Translations under genes and position numbers: made by a program
In this document: one piece after another, positions 8,808-17,766 of the stretch
How the letters are laid out: each line of letters starts with the position of its first letter
Position numbering within the stretch: the first letter of the stretch is position 1
Source of the DNA: an uncultured Collinsella sp.
Lineage (GTDB): Bacteria > Actinomycetota > Coriobacteriia > Coriobacteriales > Coriobacteriaceae
Direction of reading: 5' to 3'
DNA length: 64,000 nucleotides
Assembly: GCA_938023705.1 (NCBI GenBank)
Contig: CALJDJ010000104.1
Location: forward strand, 4,297 to 68,296
Notes under the pieces: generated by a model
Database searches by the model: none
What the model was told of the DNA's origin: nothing
Seen by the model: only the letters and a program-made list of their open reading frames with translations

Positions 8808-9710
8808 ATGTCCAATCATCAGCGCACGCTTATCATCGACGGCACCTCGGGCATCAGCGGCGATATGACCGTCGCGGCCCTGCTCGACCTAGGCGCCAGC
8901 GAGGAGCACCTGCGCGAGCAGCTCGCCACGCTGCCGGTCGACGGCTTTACGATCGCCGTCACACGCGTAAGCAAGCATGGCATCGACGCCTGCGATTTCG
9001 ACGTCCAGCTTGCAGAGGAGCTCGAGAACCACGATCACGATATGGCCTGGCTCTACGGCAACGAAGCAGCTGCCGAGCACACGCACGAGCATGAGCACCA
9101 CCATTATGATCATGGCGAGCACGCACACGAGCACTGCCACGAGCATGACCACGACCACGAGGGCCACCATCACGCCCACCACCATCACCACCGTTCTTTG
9201 GCTGACGCCACCGCCATCATCGATGGCTCGCAGCTAAGCGATGGCGCCAAGCGTCGCGCGCTCGCCATCTTTACCGCGCTCGCCGCCGCCGAGGCCAAGG
9301 CCCACGGCAAAACGCCCGAGACCGTCATGTTCCACGAGGTGGGCGCCGTCGACTCCATCGTCGACGTCTGCTCTGTCGCCATCTGCCTCGATGACCTGGG
9401 TATTGAGGACATCGTGGTCGAGTCGCTCTCTGAGGGTCACGGTACCATCCGCTGTGCCCACGGTCTCATGCCCATTCCCGTCCCCGCTGTCGTCAACCTG
9501 TGCCAGGCGGACAATATCGCCCTCACGCCCGCACCGGTCGCCGGCGAGCTCGTGACGCCCACGGGTGCCGCCATCGTCGCCGCACTGCGCACGTCCGAAC
9601 ACCTGCCGGCCCGCTACCGCATCGAGGCCGTCGGCTACGGCGCCGGTAAGCGCCCCTACGAGGGTTGCTCCGGTACGCTTCGCTGCCTGCTCGTTCACGC
9701 AGACGCATAG
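8808..9710 (+). CDS. larC: LarC-like nickel insertion protein, N-terminal (LarC1) part only, with a His-rich segment
   Basis: DUF111/LarC N-terminus (LIIDGTSGISGDM, FHEVGAVDSIVDV, CAHGLMPIPVPA, TPTGAAI, GYGAGKR). His-rich tract at nt 9030-9191. The ORF stops just after the GYGAGKR...LRCLL motif, where full-length LarC continues for about 130 aa. Confidence 0.8.
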   Translation: MSNHQRTLIIDGTSGISGDMTVAALLDLGASEEHLREQLATLPVDGFTIAVTRVSKHGIDACDFDVQLAEELENHDHDMAWLYGNEAAAEHTHEHEHHHYDHGEHAHEHCHEHDHDHEGHHHAHHHHHRSLADATAIIDGSQLSDGAKRRALAIFTALAAAEAKAHGKTPETVMFHEVGAVDSIVDVCSVAICLDDLGIEDIVVESLSEGHGTIRCAHGLMPIPVPAVVNLCQADNIALTPAPVAGELVTPTGAAIVAALRTSEHLPARYRIEAVGYGAGKRPYEGCSGTLRCLLVHADA

Positions 9711-9712
9711 CC

Positions 9713-10252
9713 ATGGATGCCCGCAAGGCCAAAAGCCGTGCCGCGATCGTCGCGGCGTTCTCCGAGCTCCTGTGCGAGGAAGATTACGGCAAGATCACTG
9801 TCGGCGACATCATCGCGCGCGCTCACGTAGGCCGCGCGACATTCTACGGCCTCTTTAAGAGCAAAGACGACCTACTGTCCGAGCTCGTGAGCGACATCTG
9901 TACCCACGCCCTCGACGACGATGGCACACCGCTCGACGACCCATTCGTGCAGGTCGAGCATATCCTTAGCAACCTGTGGGAACGCCGTCAGGGCGTGAGG
10001 GCCCTTGTAGCCGGCGCCGGCTCACGCGTCTTCGCCGACAGCCTCCGCAAGACCATCATGTCGCTCGCGGCCGAAACCGTCCCCATCGATCCCACAGGCC
10101 CAGCCGGTACCATGGACCGCAGCTTCCTCCTCCATCACATAGCCTCAAGCTTCGTAGCCACCGTCCAATGGTGGGCCTGGCACAACTTCCAATCCAACAA
10201 AGCCGACGTAGCCAAAGACTACCTCTCAGCCATAAAGCCCCTCTTCACCTAA
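9713..10252 (+). CDS. TetR/AcrR-family transcriptional regulator
   Basis: TetR HTH (ITVGDIIARAHVGRATFYGLFKSKDDLL). ATG lies 2 nt after the larC stop. Confidence 0.85.
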   Translation: MDARKAKSRAAIVAAFSELLCEEDYGKITVGDIIARAHVGRATFYGLFKSKDDLLSELVSDICTHALDDDGTPLDDPFVQVEHILSNLWERRQGVRALVAGAGSRVFADSLRKTIMSLAAETVPIDPTGPAGTMDRSFLLHHIASSFVATVQWWAWHNFQSNKADVAKDYLSAIKPLFT

Positions 10253-10437
10253 GTAAGAAGCCCATCCCAAAGCATCGCCCCAACCCAAGCCGCCACGCAT
10301 CCCAAAGTGTCACCCGCGCTTCAACGCCCCTACCAGCAACAAGCCCCTCACATCCAAATTCAGATATATGTTGGGTTGCTTGCTCGAGCGCAGCAAAGAT
10401 CCCGCAGCTGGCCGTATGGGGTAACTTCCCAGCGCAT

Positions 10438-10503
10438 TCCGCAGGACGCAAAAAAGCTCGCCGCACGAAGTGCGCAGCGAGCCTTTTTGCATGTCCGAGG
10501 ACG
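10438..10503 (+). repeat. Structured intergenic repeat, copy 1 (66 nt)
   Basis: TCCGCAGGACG-GCAAAAAAGCTCGC-CGCACGAAGTGCG-CA-GCGAGCCTTTTTGC-ATGTCCGAGGACG. Lies between the convergent TetR and aquaporin genes. The second copy is at 12963-13030. Confidence 0.85.
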
Positions 10504-10555
10504 CGTTGGAAAGTAAACCCTTGCCGAGCCCGAACCTTATAGAGCCGTCCTTCGA

Positions 10556-11287
10556 CTAGAACATGCCCAAGAAGCCATGCACAAACAGCGCGGCCACAAT
10601 AGCACCGACAAACGGCGCGATGCCAGGAACAAGCAGGCCGTACTTCCAGTTGTTGTCAGCCTTGTTCTTAATCGGCAGCACCTGATAGGCCATGCGAGGA
10701 CCAAGGTCACGTGCCTGGTTCATGGCGAAGCCGGTGATGCCGCCCATGCCCATGCCAACGGCCCAGACAATCAGGCCGACGCAGATGGCGAGCAACAGAA
10801 CGTTCTCACCAGCACGGCTAGCAGCAGCAAGGATGGCGCTGATGAACACAAAAGTGCAGATAGCCTCGCAGAAGAAGTTACGGGCATAGTTCGTACCCTC
10901 GGTGGTGGGGTTGGTCGAGAAGATGTTGCGCTGGGCAATGGGGTCGACGACGCCCTCGGAAGCCTTGAACTCATCGGCATACATCAACCAAGCGATTACG
11001 GCGCCCACAAAGCCGCCGAGCATATCGGCAATCATGAAGGGGATGCAGCTGCTCCACGGCACCAGGCCGACGATGCACTGGGCAAGCACCATGGCGGGGT
11101 TCATGCACACGGCACCGCCAAAGACAAACAGGCAGACCGAGATGCCAAAAGACCAAGTGGTGATGGCAAACATGTGGCCGGAGCCCTGATACTTGGTGCC
11201 CTTGAGCACCGTATCGCAGTGCACGCCCACGCCAAAGATGATCATGAGGGCCGTTGCGCCGAATTCGCAGAGGAGTTTGGTAAGCAT
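10556..11287 (-). CDS. MIP-family aquaglyceroporin (GlpF/LarD-like)
   Basis: 243 aa with six TM segments. The first half-helix has NPA (CMNPAM). The second reads NQA (AMNQARDLGPR). Sits 49 nt downstream of larA on the same strand. Confidence 0.88.
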   Translation of the reverse strand: MLTKLLCEFGATALMIIFGVGVHCDTVLKGTKYQGSGHMFAITTWSFGISVCLFVFGGAVCMNPAMVLAQCIVGLVPWSSCIPFMIADMLGGFVGAVIAWLMYADEFKASEGVVDPIAQRNIFSTNPTTEGTNYARNFFCEAICTFVFISAILAAASRAGENVLLLAICVGLIVWAVGMGMGGITGFAMNQARDLGPRMAYQVLPIKNKADNNWKYGLLVPGIAPFVGAIVAALFVHGFLGMF

Positions 11288-11336
11288 AAAACCTTATCTT
11301 TCTTGTCGGTTAAAAACGATTCGTTTAGGCCGCGCA

Positions 11337-12614
11337 CTAGTGCTGCGCAACAACAACGCCCAGGCCATCGGGAATGACGGCAACCTTGGCATCGGCACCC
11401 TTCATCTCAAAGGCGAGCTTGAGCGCCTCCTCGATAGTGTTGACCGGCGTCATGTGCATATCCTTGAGCATCTGGTGATCGCACAGGTCGGTGACCATGA
11501 TCACGGGGTGATGCGCCAGGATGCGGGCAAAGATCTGGCTCGTCCACTGGTCGGGCAGGGTCTCGTCCTTAGGACGGTCGATGCAGGCGCGCTCAAACTC
11601 CGCCGGATCGTTGTCGGCGATGTTGTGATAGAAGCCCTCGCCACCGTGGCCGTCGGCGCAGCCGGCGACGTCGATGATCACGCCGCCCTCGGGAAGCGTG
11701 GCCTCGGCAGCGCACATGCCCTTCACAGCCTGATAGATGTTCTGATCGAGGGGGTAGCCACCGTTGGTGGTGATGGCAATCTCGCACTCGACGGGCTCAA
11801 CGCCGGCAAGGCTCTTCACGAACTCGCAGCCGGCCTCGTGCGCCTTGTGGATATCGCCGGCAAAGGAGCCGATGACCTCGTGCTTGCCGTTAAGCACCAC
11901 GTTAAGCACAAAGGCAAGGTGAGCCATCTCGGCGGCGGCGAACATGTCCTCGCTCACGTGGTTGTGGCACAGGTTGCCGGCACGCGAGTGGGAATCGTTC
12001 ACAAACTGACCGTTGTGGTTGTACATGATGGTCTTGTAGCTGGCGATGCCGGGCAGGACGGACTTGCGGCTACCAGAGAAACCGGCAAAGAAGTGCGGCT
12101 CAATAAAGCCCTCGGCAAGCAGCAGATCGCAATCGGCGGCAATCTTGTTGATGATGCACTCGCCACCAGAAGGCAGGGTGCCGATCTTTTTCATCATGCT
12201 GTCGTCAGTCGCGACGTGCATAACGATTTCCTCGTTAGCAACGATCTCCTCGCCATACTTATTGACGAGCTCCTCGTGCGTCGACGGACGGTGCATGCCC
12301 GTAGCAACCAGAATGCGAACGCGTGCCTCAGGCGCAGCGGAGTGGATGTGATGCAGCAGAATAGGCATCGTCACACGCGAGGGGACGGGACGCGTATGAT
12401 CGGAGCTAATGATGACAATATCCTTCTTGCCAGCACAAAGCTCCTCGAGCGAAGGCGAGCCATAAGGGTTGGCAAGCGACTCCTCCACCAGCTCTTCCTG
12501 CGATTTCGTGGTCTTAAACTCGTTTTGATGACCTTCCATCACACCCGCGAAGTTCTTATCCTCGAGTTCCAGATGCAACGTCTTGTGGTCAAACGGCAGT
12601 TCACATTCAAACAA
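11337..12614 (-). CDS. larA: LarA-family nickel-dependent 2-hydroxyacid racemase/epimerase (lactate racemase-like)
   Basis: LarA/DUF2088 signatures (IVIISSDHTRPVP, ILVATGMHR, AEGFIEPHFFAGFSGSRKS). Proposed TTG start at 12614, with GGAAGAGG upstream, gives 425 aa. The ORF-track ATG at 12755 adds a non-homologous leader. Confidence 0.88.
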   Translation of the reverse strand: MFECELPFDHKTLHLELEDKNFAGVMEGHQNEFKTTKSQEELVEESLANPYGSPSLEELCAGKKDIVIISSDHTRPVPSRVTMPILLHHIHSAAPEARVRILVATGMHRPSTHEELVNKYGEEIVANEEIVMHVATDDSMMKKIGTLPSGGECIINKIAADCDLLLAEGFIEPHFFAGFSGSRKSVLPGIASYKTIMYNHNGQFVNDSHSRAGNLCHNHVSEDMFAAAEMAHLAFVLNVVLNGKHEVIGSFAGDIHKAHEAGCEFVKSLAGVEPVECEIAITTNGGYPLDQNIYQAVKGMCAAEATLPEGGVIIDVAGCADGHGGEGFYHNIADNDPAEFERACIDRPKDETLPDQWTSQIFARILAHHPVIMVTDLCDHQMLKDMHMTPVNTIEEALKLAFEMKGADAKVAVIPDGLGVVVAQH

Positions 12615-12931
12615 TGACGAGCGCCCTCTTCCTTTCAACTGACACACTAGATAAACCGTTGGAAGGATACGCCGCTCACCGAAAAACACCACCGTCCACC
12701 GACTCATTAACACAACGTTCATATTTGACCCACAACAAAACAACCGCGATCCCAAACGGGACCGCGGCCGCTACAGTCGTAAATCGAGAAGCGCCACATG
12801 CATCTCAATCCCAATCGATAAGACGCGAGGCGCGAAGCGCCAAACGCGCCGCCGGGACAAGCCCCATCCAAAACGCGCGAAGCGCGCCATTATTCCCCCA
12901 GCCAGTAATCCACCGAAGACCGGACATCGTA

Positions 12932-13058
12932 GGGCCCGCCATCAGCTTACTTTTAGGCACACTCCGCAGGACGCAAGAAGCCCTCGCCGCACGAAGTGCG
13001 CAGCGAGGGCTTCTTGCATGTCCGAGGACGTGCCTAAAAGTAAGCTGATGGCGGGCCC
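12932..13058. repeat. 127-bp compound palindrome containing copy 2 (12963-13030) of the structured repeat; likely ppc terminator
   Basis: 29-nt outer arms: GGGCCCGCCATCAGCTTACTTTTAGGCAC (12932-12960) and its complement (13030-13058). The inner 68 nt is homologous to 10438-10503. Confidence 0.85.
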
Positions 13059-13079
13059 GGACGACTACAGGGCTATCGA

Positions 13080-15905
13080 TTACCCCGTGTTCTGCAATCC
13101 TGCCGAGACGCCGGTCACAGTCGAAAGAATCAGGCTCATGTACTCGGCCTTCTTCTCCTCTGCCATCTCGTCCTGGTTCATACGCACCTCGCGAAGGGCG
13201 CGGACCTGAGCGATGGACAGGGCGTCGACGTAGGGATTACGCACACGGACGGCGCAGCCGAGCACACGGCGGCGCTGCAGCGGCCATTCGTCACCGACGA
13301 TGGCAAGAACCCACTTACGCGTGAGCTGCATCTCGGTGAAGACCTTCTCGGACAAATCCTGGCGATCGCCCAGGTGCAGGTACATCTTGGCGATGCGCTG
13401 GTCGGTCTTGGCGATCGACATCTCGATGTTGTCGATAAAGGTGCGGAAGAACGGCCACTCCTGGTAGGCAGCCTTGAGCTGGTCAAGGTCGCCAAACTGC
13501 TCGCAGGCGGTGCCCAGGCCGTACCAAGCGGCCAGGTTAATGCGCGCCTGGCTCCAGCTGAAGATCCACGGAATGGTACGCAGGTCGTCGAGCGACTTGG
13601 CACCCAGACCGCGCTTGGCCGGGCGCGAGCCAATCGGCAGCAGACCGACCTCGGTCAGCGGCGTCACGGTCGAGAACCACGGTGTAAAGTCCTCAGTGTT
13701 CAGCAGGTCCAGATAGCGCTCATGGCTTACTTCGTTGAGCTTCTCGGCCATATCCCAGAACTTCTGCGTGGTCTCGGTGTTGGTCTTCTCGACGCTCGGA
13801 GCCGACTGCAAAAGCGTTGCGGCGGCAACGGACTCAACATGGCGCTGAGCCAGCGTGCGGTTGCCGTAACGGGCAAAGATGACCTCGCCCTGCTCGGTGA
13901 GCTTAAAGAAGCAGTTGACCGAACCCTTGGGCTGCGCCAGCACGGCCTTGTTGGCCGGACCGCCGCCACGGCCCACGGCACCGCCGCGACCGTGCATGAG
14001 CACCAGGTCGATATCGTTCTTCTCGGCCCACTTGGCAATGCGCTCCTGCGCGGAGTGCAGCGCGAGCATGGCCGTGGTAGGACCGGCATCCTTGGAGGAG
14101 TCGGAATAGCCCAGCATGACCTCCATGCGGCGGTTGGTCTGGGCAAGGCGCTTCTGCACCACGGGCAGCGTAAGCATCTGGTCGAGCACGTCGACGCAGC
14201 CCTCGAGGTCCTCGAGCTGCTCAAACAGCGGGATCACGTCGAGCTCGGGGACATCCTCCTCGTGTGCAAAGGACAGGTGGGCAAGCTCGAAGACGTCGGC
14301 CACATGCTGGGCACTCTTGGTGAACGAGATGATGTAGCGGTGCGCCATCTTCTTGCCGTAACGCTTTTGGATGGAGCCGATAGCGCGGAAGGTGTCGATG
14401 ACCTCGCGCGTCATGGGCTGCAGGTCGCCATGGATACCGTTCTCGTGGATATCCTTGAGGGCGCGGGCATGTACCACGGAGTGCTGACGGAACTCCATCT
14501 CGACCATATGGAAGCCGAAGGACTCGACCTGCCAGATGATGGTCTGGACCGGGCCGTAGGCGGCACGGACGGCACCGCAGGCAGCCAGCGAGCGCTGGAC
14601 GACGCGCAGATCCTCCAGGAACTCATCGGCGCTGTGGTACATAGTGTCGGTAATACGGCGCACGGTGGCGTTCAGACGGTCGGCCATGACGAGCATGACG
14701 GCGCGATGCGGCTCGTGCTCGGAGATCAGCTCGGCGCGGGCCGTGTACCGAGGGCTCATCTCGACCTGATGGTTCCACAGGTTGATGAGCTCGGCAGACG
14801 GCTTGCTGTAAGTGGCCTCGAGCGTGAGGTTACGGCCGATGCGGCGGCACTTGTCCTCGAGCTTGAGCACCATGTGGGTGAAGTACTTGGCGGCGACCTC
14901 ACGGCTCACCTTGGCGGTGACGTTGGGGTTACCGTCGCGGTCGGAACCGATCCAGCTGCCGGGATGGAAGAACGCCGGGCACAGCGGCGGCACGGTACCG
15001 GCCTTGTCGCCCAGCACCCAGTCGTCAAAGCGACGATAGATGACGGGGATGACGTCGAACAGCGTGTTATCGAAGATGTCGATGATGGTATCGGCTTCCT
15101 CGACCGGCGTGGGCTTCTTGAGCGCGATGGGGCTCGTACGCACCAGGGCGTCGATCTCCTGCAGCATATGGCGCTCGTTCTCCACCAGGTCGGAGCCGCC
15201 CAGACGCGGACGCTCCTCCAGCAGGTTGGAGATACGGCGAATCTTGCCCTCGACGGCCTTGCGACGGGCCTCGGTGGGATGTGCGGTAAAGACAGGGTGG
15301 AACTCGAGCTTGCCGAGCAGCTCGTTGGCGCCCTCGACACCCATCTCGTTTACCAACTGGTGATAGGCGACGGTGAGCTCGTTGGCGGGATCGACCTCGG
15401 TATCGGTCGATGCGCCGGCCTCGCGCTCGCGCAGCTGCGCCACACGGTAGTTCTCCTCCGACAGGTTTGCCAGGTGGAAGAAGCTCGTAAAGGCGCGAAC
15501 GATGACCTGCTGCTTATCGAGCGGCAGACTGTCGATCAGATCGACGACCTCACGGAATGCCACGGCGGTGGGCTCGTCGGCGGTGGGCACGCCCTGCTCG
15601 TCGACGGCCTCGTCGGCAGCGCGGGTACCGGGGTTGCCGGCATTGGCCACAATCTCGGCCGACAGAATCTTGTCGAACAGGTCCGCGATCTCAGGATCAT
15701 ACTCGCTAAGCACACGACGCTCCAGGCGCAGGAACAGCGCCAGATTGTCGCGCAGCTCCTCGGGGATCTCGATCTCGGCGAGACGCTCCCTGGACTCGGC
15801 ATTCGAGCCGATTCGGTTAACGAGGCGGTTGACCACGGCAGCGACGCGCGCCGCGGCTTCGGGTACAGACTGGTTGCTTAGGTTCTCAGCCACGTTTCCT
15901 CCCAT
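13080..15905 (-). CDS. ppc: Phosphoenolpyruvate carboxylase
   Basis: 941 aa with PEPC signatures (VFTAHPTEARR, GYSDSSKDAG, FHGRGG-like MHGRGGAVGRGGGP, C-terminal LQNTG). Confidence 0.96.
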   Translation of the reverse strand: MGGNVAENLSNQSVPEAAARVAAVVNRLVNRIGSNAESRERLAEIEIPEELRDNLALFLRLERRVLSEYDPEIADLFDKILSAEIVANAGNPGTRAADEAVDEQGVPTADEPTAVAFREVVDLIDSLPLDKQQVIVRAFTSFFHLANLSEENYRVAQLREREAGASTDTEVDPANELTVAYHQLVNEMGVEGANELLGKLEFHPVFTAHPTEARRKAVEGKIRRISNLLEERPRLGGSDLVENERHMLQEIDALVRTSPIALKKPTPVEEADTIIDIFDNTLFDVIPVIYRRFDDWVLGDKAGTVPPLCPAFFHPGSWIGSDRDGNPNVTAKVSREVAAKYFTHMVLKLEDKCRRIGRNLTLEATYSKPSAELINLWNHQVEMSPRYTARAELISEHEPHRAVMLVMADRLNATVRRITDTMYHSADEFLEDLRVVQRSLAACGAVRAAYGPVQTIIWQVESFGFHMVEMEFRQHSVVHARALKDIHENGIHGDLQPMTREVIDTFRAIGSIQKRYGKKMAHRYIISFTKSAQHVADVFELAHLSFAHEEDVPELDVIPLFEQLEDLEGCVDVLDQMLTLPVVQKRLAQTNRRMEVMLGYSDSSKDAGPTTAMLALHSAQERIAKWAEKNDIDLVLMHGRGGAVGRGGGPANKAVLAQPKGSVNCFFKLTEQGEVIFARYGNRTLAQRHVESVAAATLLQSAPSVEKTNTETTQKFWDMAEKLNEVSHERYLDLLNTEDFTPWFSTVTPLTEVGLLPIGSRPAKRGLGAKSLDDLRTIPWIFSWSQARINLAAWYGLGTACEQFGDLDQLKAAYQEWPFFRTFIDNIEMSIAKTDQRIAKMYLHLGDRQDLSEKVFTEMQLTRKWVLAIVGDEWPLQRRRVLGCAVRVRNPYVDALSIAQVRALREVRMNQDEMAEEKKAEYMSLILSTVTGVSAGLQNTG

Positions 15906-16150
15906 TCCTCCTTCTATGCACGTAACATGCGGTATTCATTATAGGCGCTTGCGAAATACTTTCGACACTGATTGCGCTTTACCACACAAAAGTATTTTCT
16001 GCATTGCAAGGGTTTTTGCTCTAAATGGTCGTATTTCTCGGTGGACGGCATACACAAACGGGGGCATTCCGCATAAATGCGAAACACCCCCGTAACAATC
16101 GCTCGCAATGGACGGGACACTCAAGCGGGTCCGCAGCTCAAAAAGATGCG

Positions 16151-17464
16151 CTACAGGCGCTCGCGAACCGCCTCGACCACGTTGGCCAGATCGACGAGAA
16201 CCTCGTCATGGCTCTGCATGTCACGTACCTTGACCTTGCCGGCGGCAAGCTCGTCGCCACCCAGGACCAGGATGAGCTTGGCGCCCACCTTGTCGGCCTG
16301 CTTAAACTGGGCCTTGAGCGAACGGCCCTGATAGTCGGCCTCGGTCACGATGTCTGCGGCACGAAGCTCCTGCGTAATGGCAAAGACGTTCTGGCGCAGC
16401 TCCTTGCCGGCGTTGGCGACATAGACGCACGGGGCCTCATCGGCACCCAAATCGCTGCCAAAGGCCTGCAGGGCCAGCAGGGCGCGCTCAAAACCGACGG
16501 CGAAGCCGACGCCGGCCGTAGGCTTGCCGCCCTCGAGCTCGACCAAGCCGTCGTAGCGACCGCCGCCACCGATGGAGCCGACACCGGCACCGGGAGCCTC
16601 GACCTCAAAGACGGTACGGGTGTAGTAGTCCAGGCCACGCACCAAGGTGGGGTCCTCGACATACTCGATACCCGCTGCATCCAAATAGCGCTTGACCTGC
16701 TCGTAGTGCTCGCGGCACTCATCGCACAGGTTGTCGCCCATCAGCGGTGCGTCGGCCATGATTTCGCGGCAGTGGTCGTTCTTGCAGTCGAAGGCACGCA
16801 GCGGATTGAGCTCGGCGCGCTCGCGGCACTCGTCGCACATCTCGTCGGCGTGATCGAGGATAAACTGCTTGACCTGCTCGCGATAGGCCGGACGGCATTG
16901 GGCATCGCCCATCGAGTTAATGAGCAGACGGAGCTTGGAAAGATCGAAACCAAGGCGCTTGTAGAACTCCATGAGCATGATGATGCACTCGGCGTCTGCT
17001 GCCGGATCGGGAGCGCCGAGCCACTCGATGCCCACCTGGTGGAACTGGCGCAGGCGACCCTTCTGGGGACGCTCGCCACGGAACATGGCCTCGGCATAAT
17101 AAGCCTTAAACGGCGTGGAGCCCTGGGGCACCAGGTTGTTCTCCACGACTGCGCGCACCACACCGGCCGTGCCCTCGGGACGAAGCGCCAGGCGCTGCTT
17201 GGGCTTGAGTTTTGTGTCGGTGCCCTCGGTAAAGACGCGCTCCAGGTTGGCGCCGCTAAAGACGCGGAACATCTCCTTGCGAACGACGTCGGTCGACTGG
17301 CCGATGCCGTGGACAAAGACGTCCACCTGCTCGATCGCGGGCGTCTCGATGGGCTTAAAGCCAAACGGCTCGAACACGCCGGCCGCAATCTGCTGCATCT
17401 TTTGCCAGGCGCGCATCTCGGCGCCGATAAGGTCGCGGGTTCCCTCCGCCTTCTGTGCCTGCAT
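16151..17464 (-). CDS. hisS: Histidine--tRNA ligase
   Basis: GTRDL..., class II motifs (LRPEGTAGVVR, GGGRYDGL). ATG at 17464 is preceded by GAAAGGTG; the ORF track begins 2 codons earlier at TTG. Confidence 0.95.
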   Translation of the reverse strand: MQAQKAEGTRDLIGAEMRAWQKMQQIAAGVFEPFGFKPIETPAIEQVDVFVHGIGQSTDVVRKEMFRVFSGANLERVFTEGTDTKLKPKQRLALRPEGTAGVVRAVVENNLVPQGSTPFKAYYAEAMFRGERPQKGRLRQFHQVGIEWLGAPDPAADAECIIMLMEFYKRLGFDLSKLRLLINSMGDAQCRPAYREQVKQFILDHADEMCDECRERAELNPLRAFDCKNDHCREIMADAPLMGDNLCDECREHYEQVKRYLDAAGIEYVEDPTLVRGLDYYTRTVFEVEAPGAGVGSIGGGGRYDGLVELEGGKPTAGVGFAVGFERALLALQAFGSDLGADEAPCVYVANAGKELRQNVFAITQELRAADIVTEADYQGRSLKAQFKQADKVGAKLILVLGGDELAAGKVKVRDMQSHDEVLVDLANVVEAVRERL

Positions 17465-17529
17465 GGGCAAACACCTTTCTTTTGTATCGCGTCATAGGTA
17501 GTGGACATTATACGGCACAAAGCAGCAAC

Positions 17530-17589
17530 GCGGCGGCGCGTCTGACCGAACGAGGGTATGGGGGCTCGTTCGGCCAGACGCGCCGCCGC
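17530..17589. repeat. Long hairpin: 25-bp stem with one A/C mismatch and a 10-nt loop
   Basis: GCGGCGGCGCGTCTGACCGAACGAG / CTCGTTCGGCCAGACGCGCCGCCGC, between the MFS gene and hisS. Confidence 0.85.
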
Positions 17590-17667
17590 GGTGTGCAATC
17601 TGCAATCCTTCCGCCTCTTCGGATCACAAAATCCGTTGGACGGAAAGACTTCGGGTCATCTCTTGAG

Positions 17668-17733
17668 CCCGTGGCTGCCCTGGAAACCGAATGACGGTAC
17701 GAGCATCCATTCGGCTTCCAGGGCAGCCACGGG
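17668..17733. repeat. Long hairpin: 26-bp stem with one A/C mismatch and a 14-nt loop
   Basis: CCCGTGGCTGCCCTGGAAACCGAATG / CATTCGGCTTCCAGGGCAGCCACGGG, about 35 nt downstream of the MFS stop. Confidence 0.85.
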
Positions 17734-17766
17734 CAGAACAGACAAACAGGAATAGGCGGCGACCCG

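Noticed and set aside
9030-9191. His-codon-rich tract as a simple-sequence repeat or assembly artefact.
   Set aside because: It is in frame within larC, mixes CAC/CAT with Glu/Asp/Ala codons rather than being a pure repeat, and His-rich segments are a known LarC feature.
9711-10555. Missing LarC C-terminal domain (LarC2), possibly hidden in another frame or reached by frameshift downstream of larC.
   Set aside because: None of the frames downstream gives LarC2-like sequence. The region is fully explained by a good TetR ORF and an intergenic repeat.
17465-17766. T-box or other leader riboswitch upstream of hisS; also checked upstream of aspS, serS and metG.
   Set aside because: I found no T-box consensus, specifier-loop architecture or terminator/antiterminator alternative. 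The hairpins here follow the MFS gene and lack T-box features.
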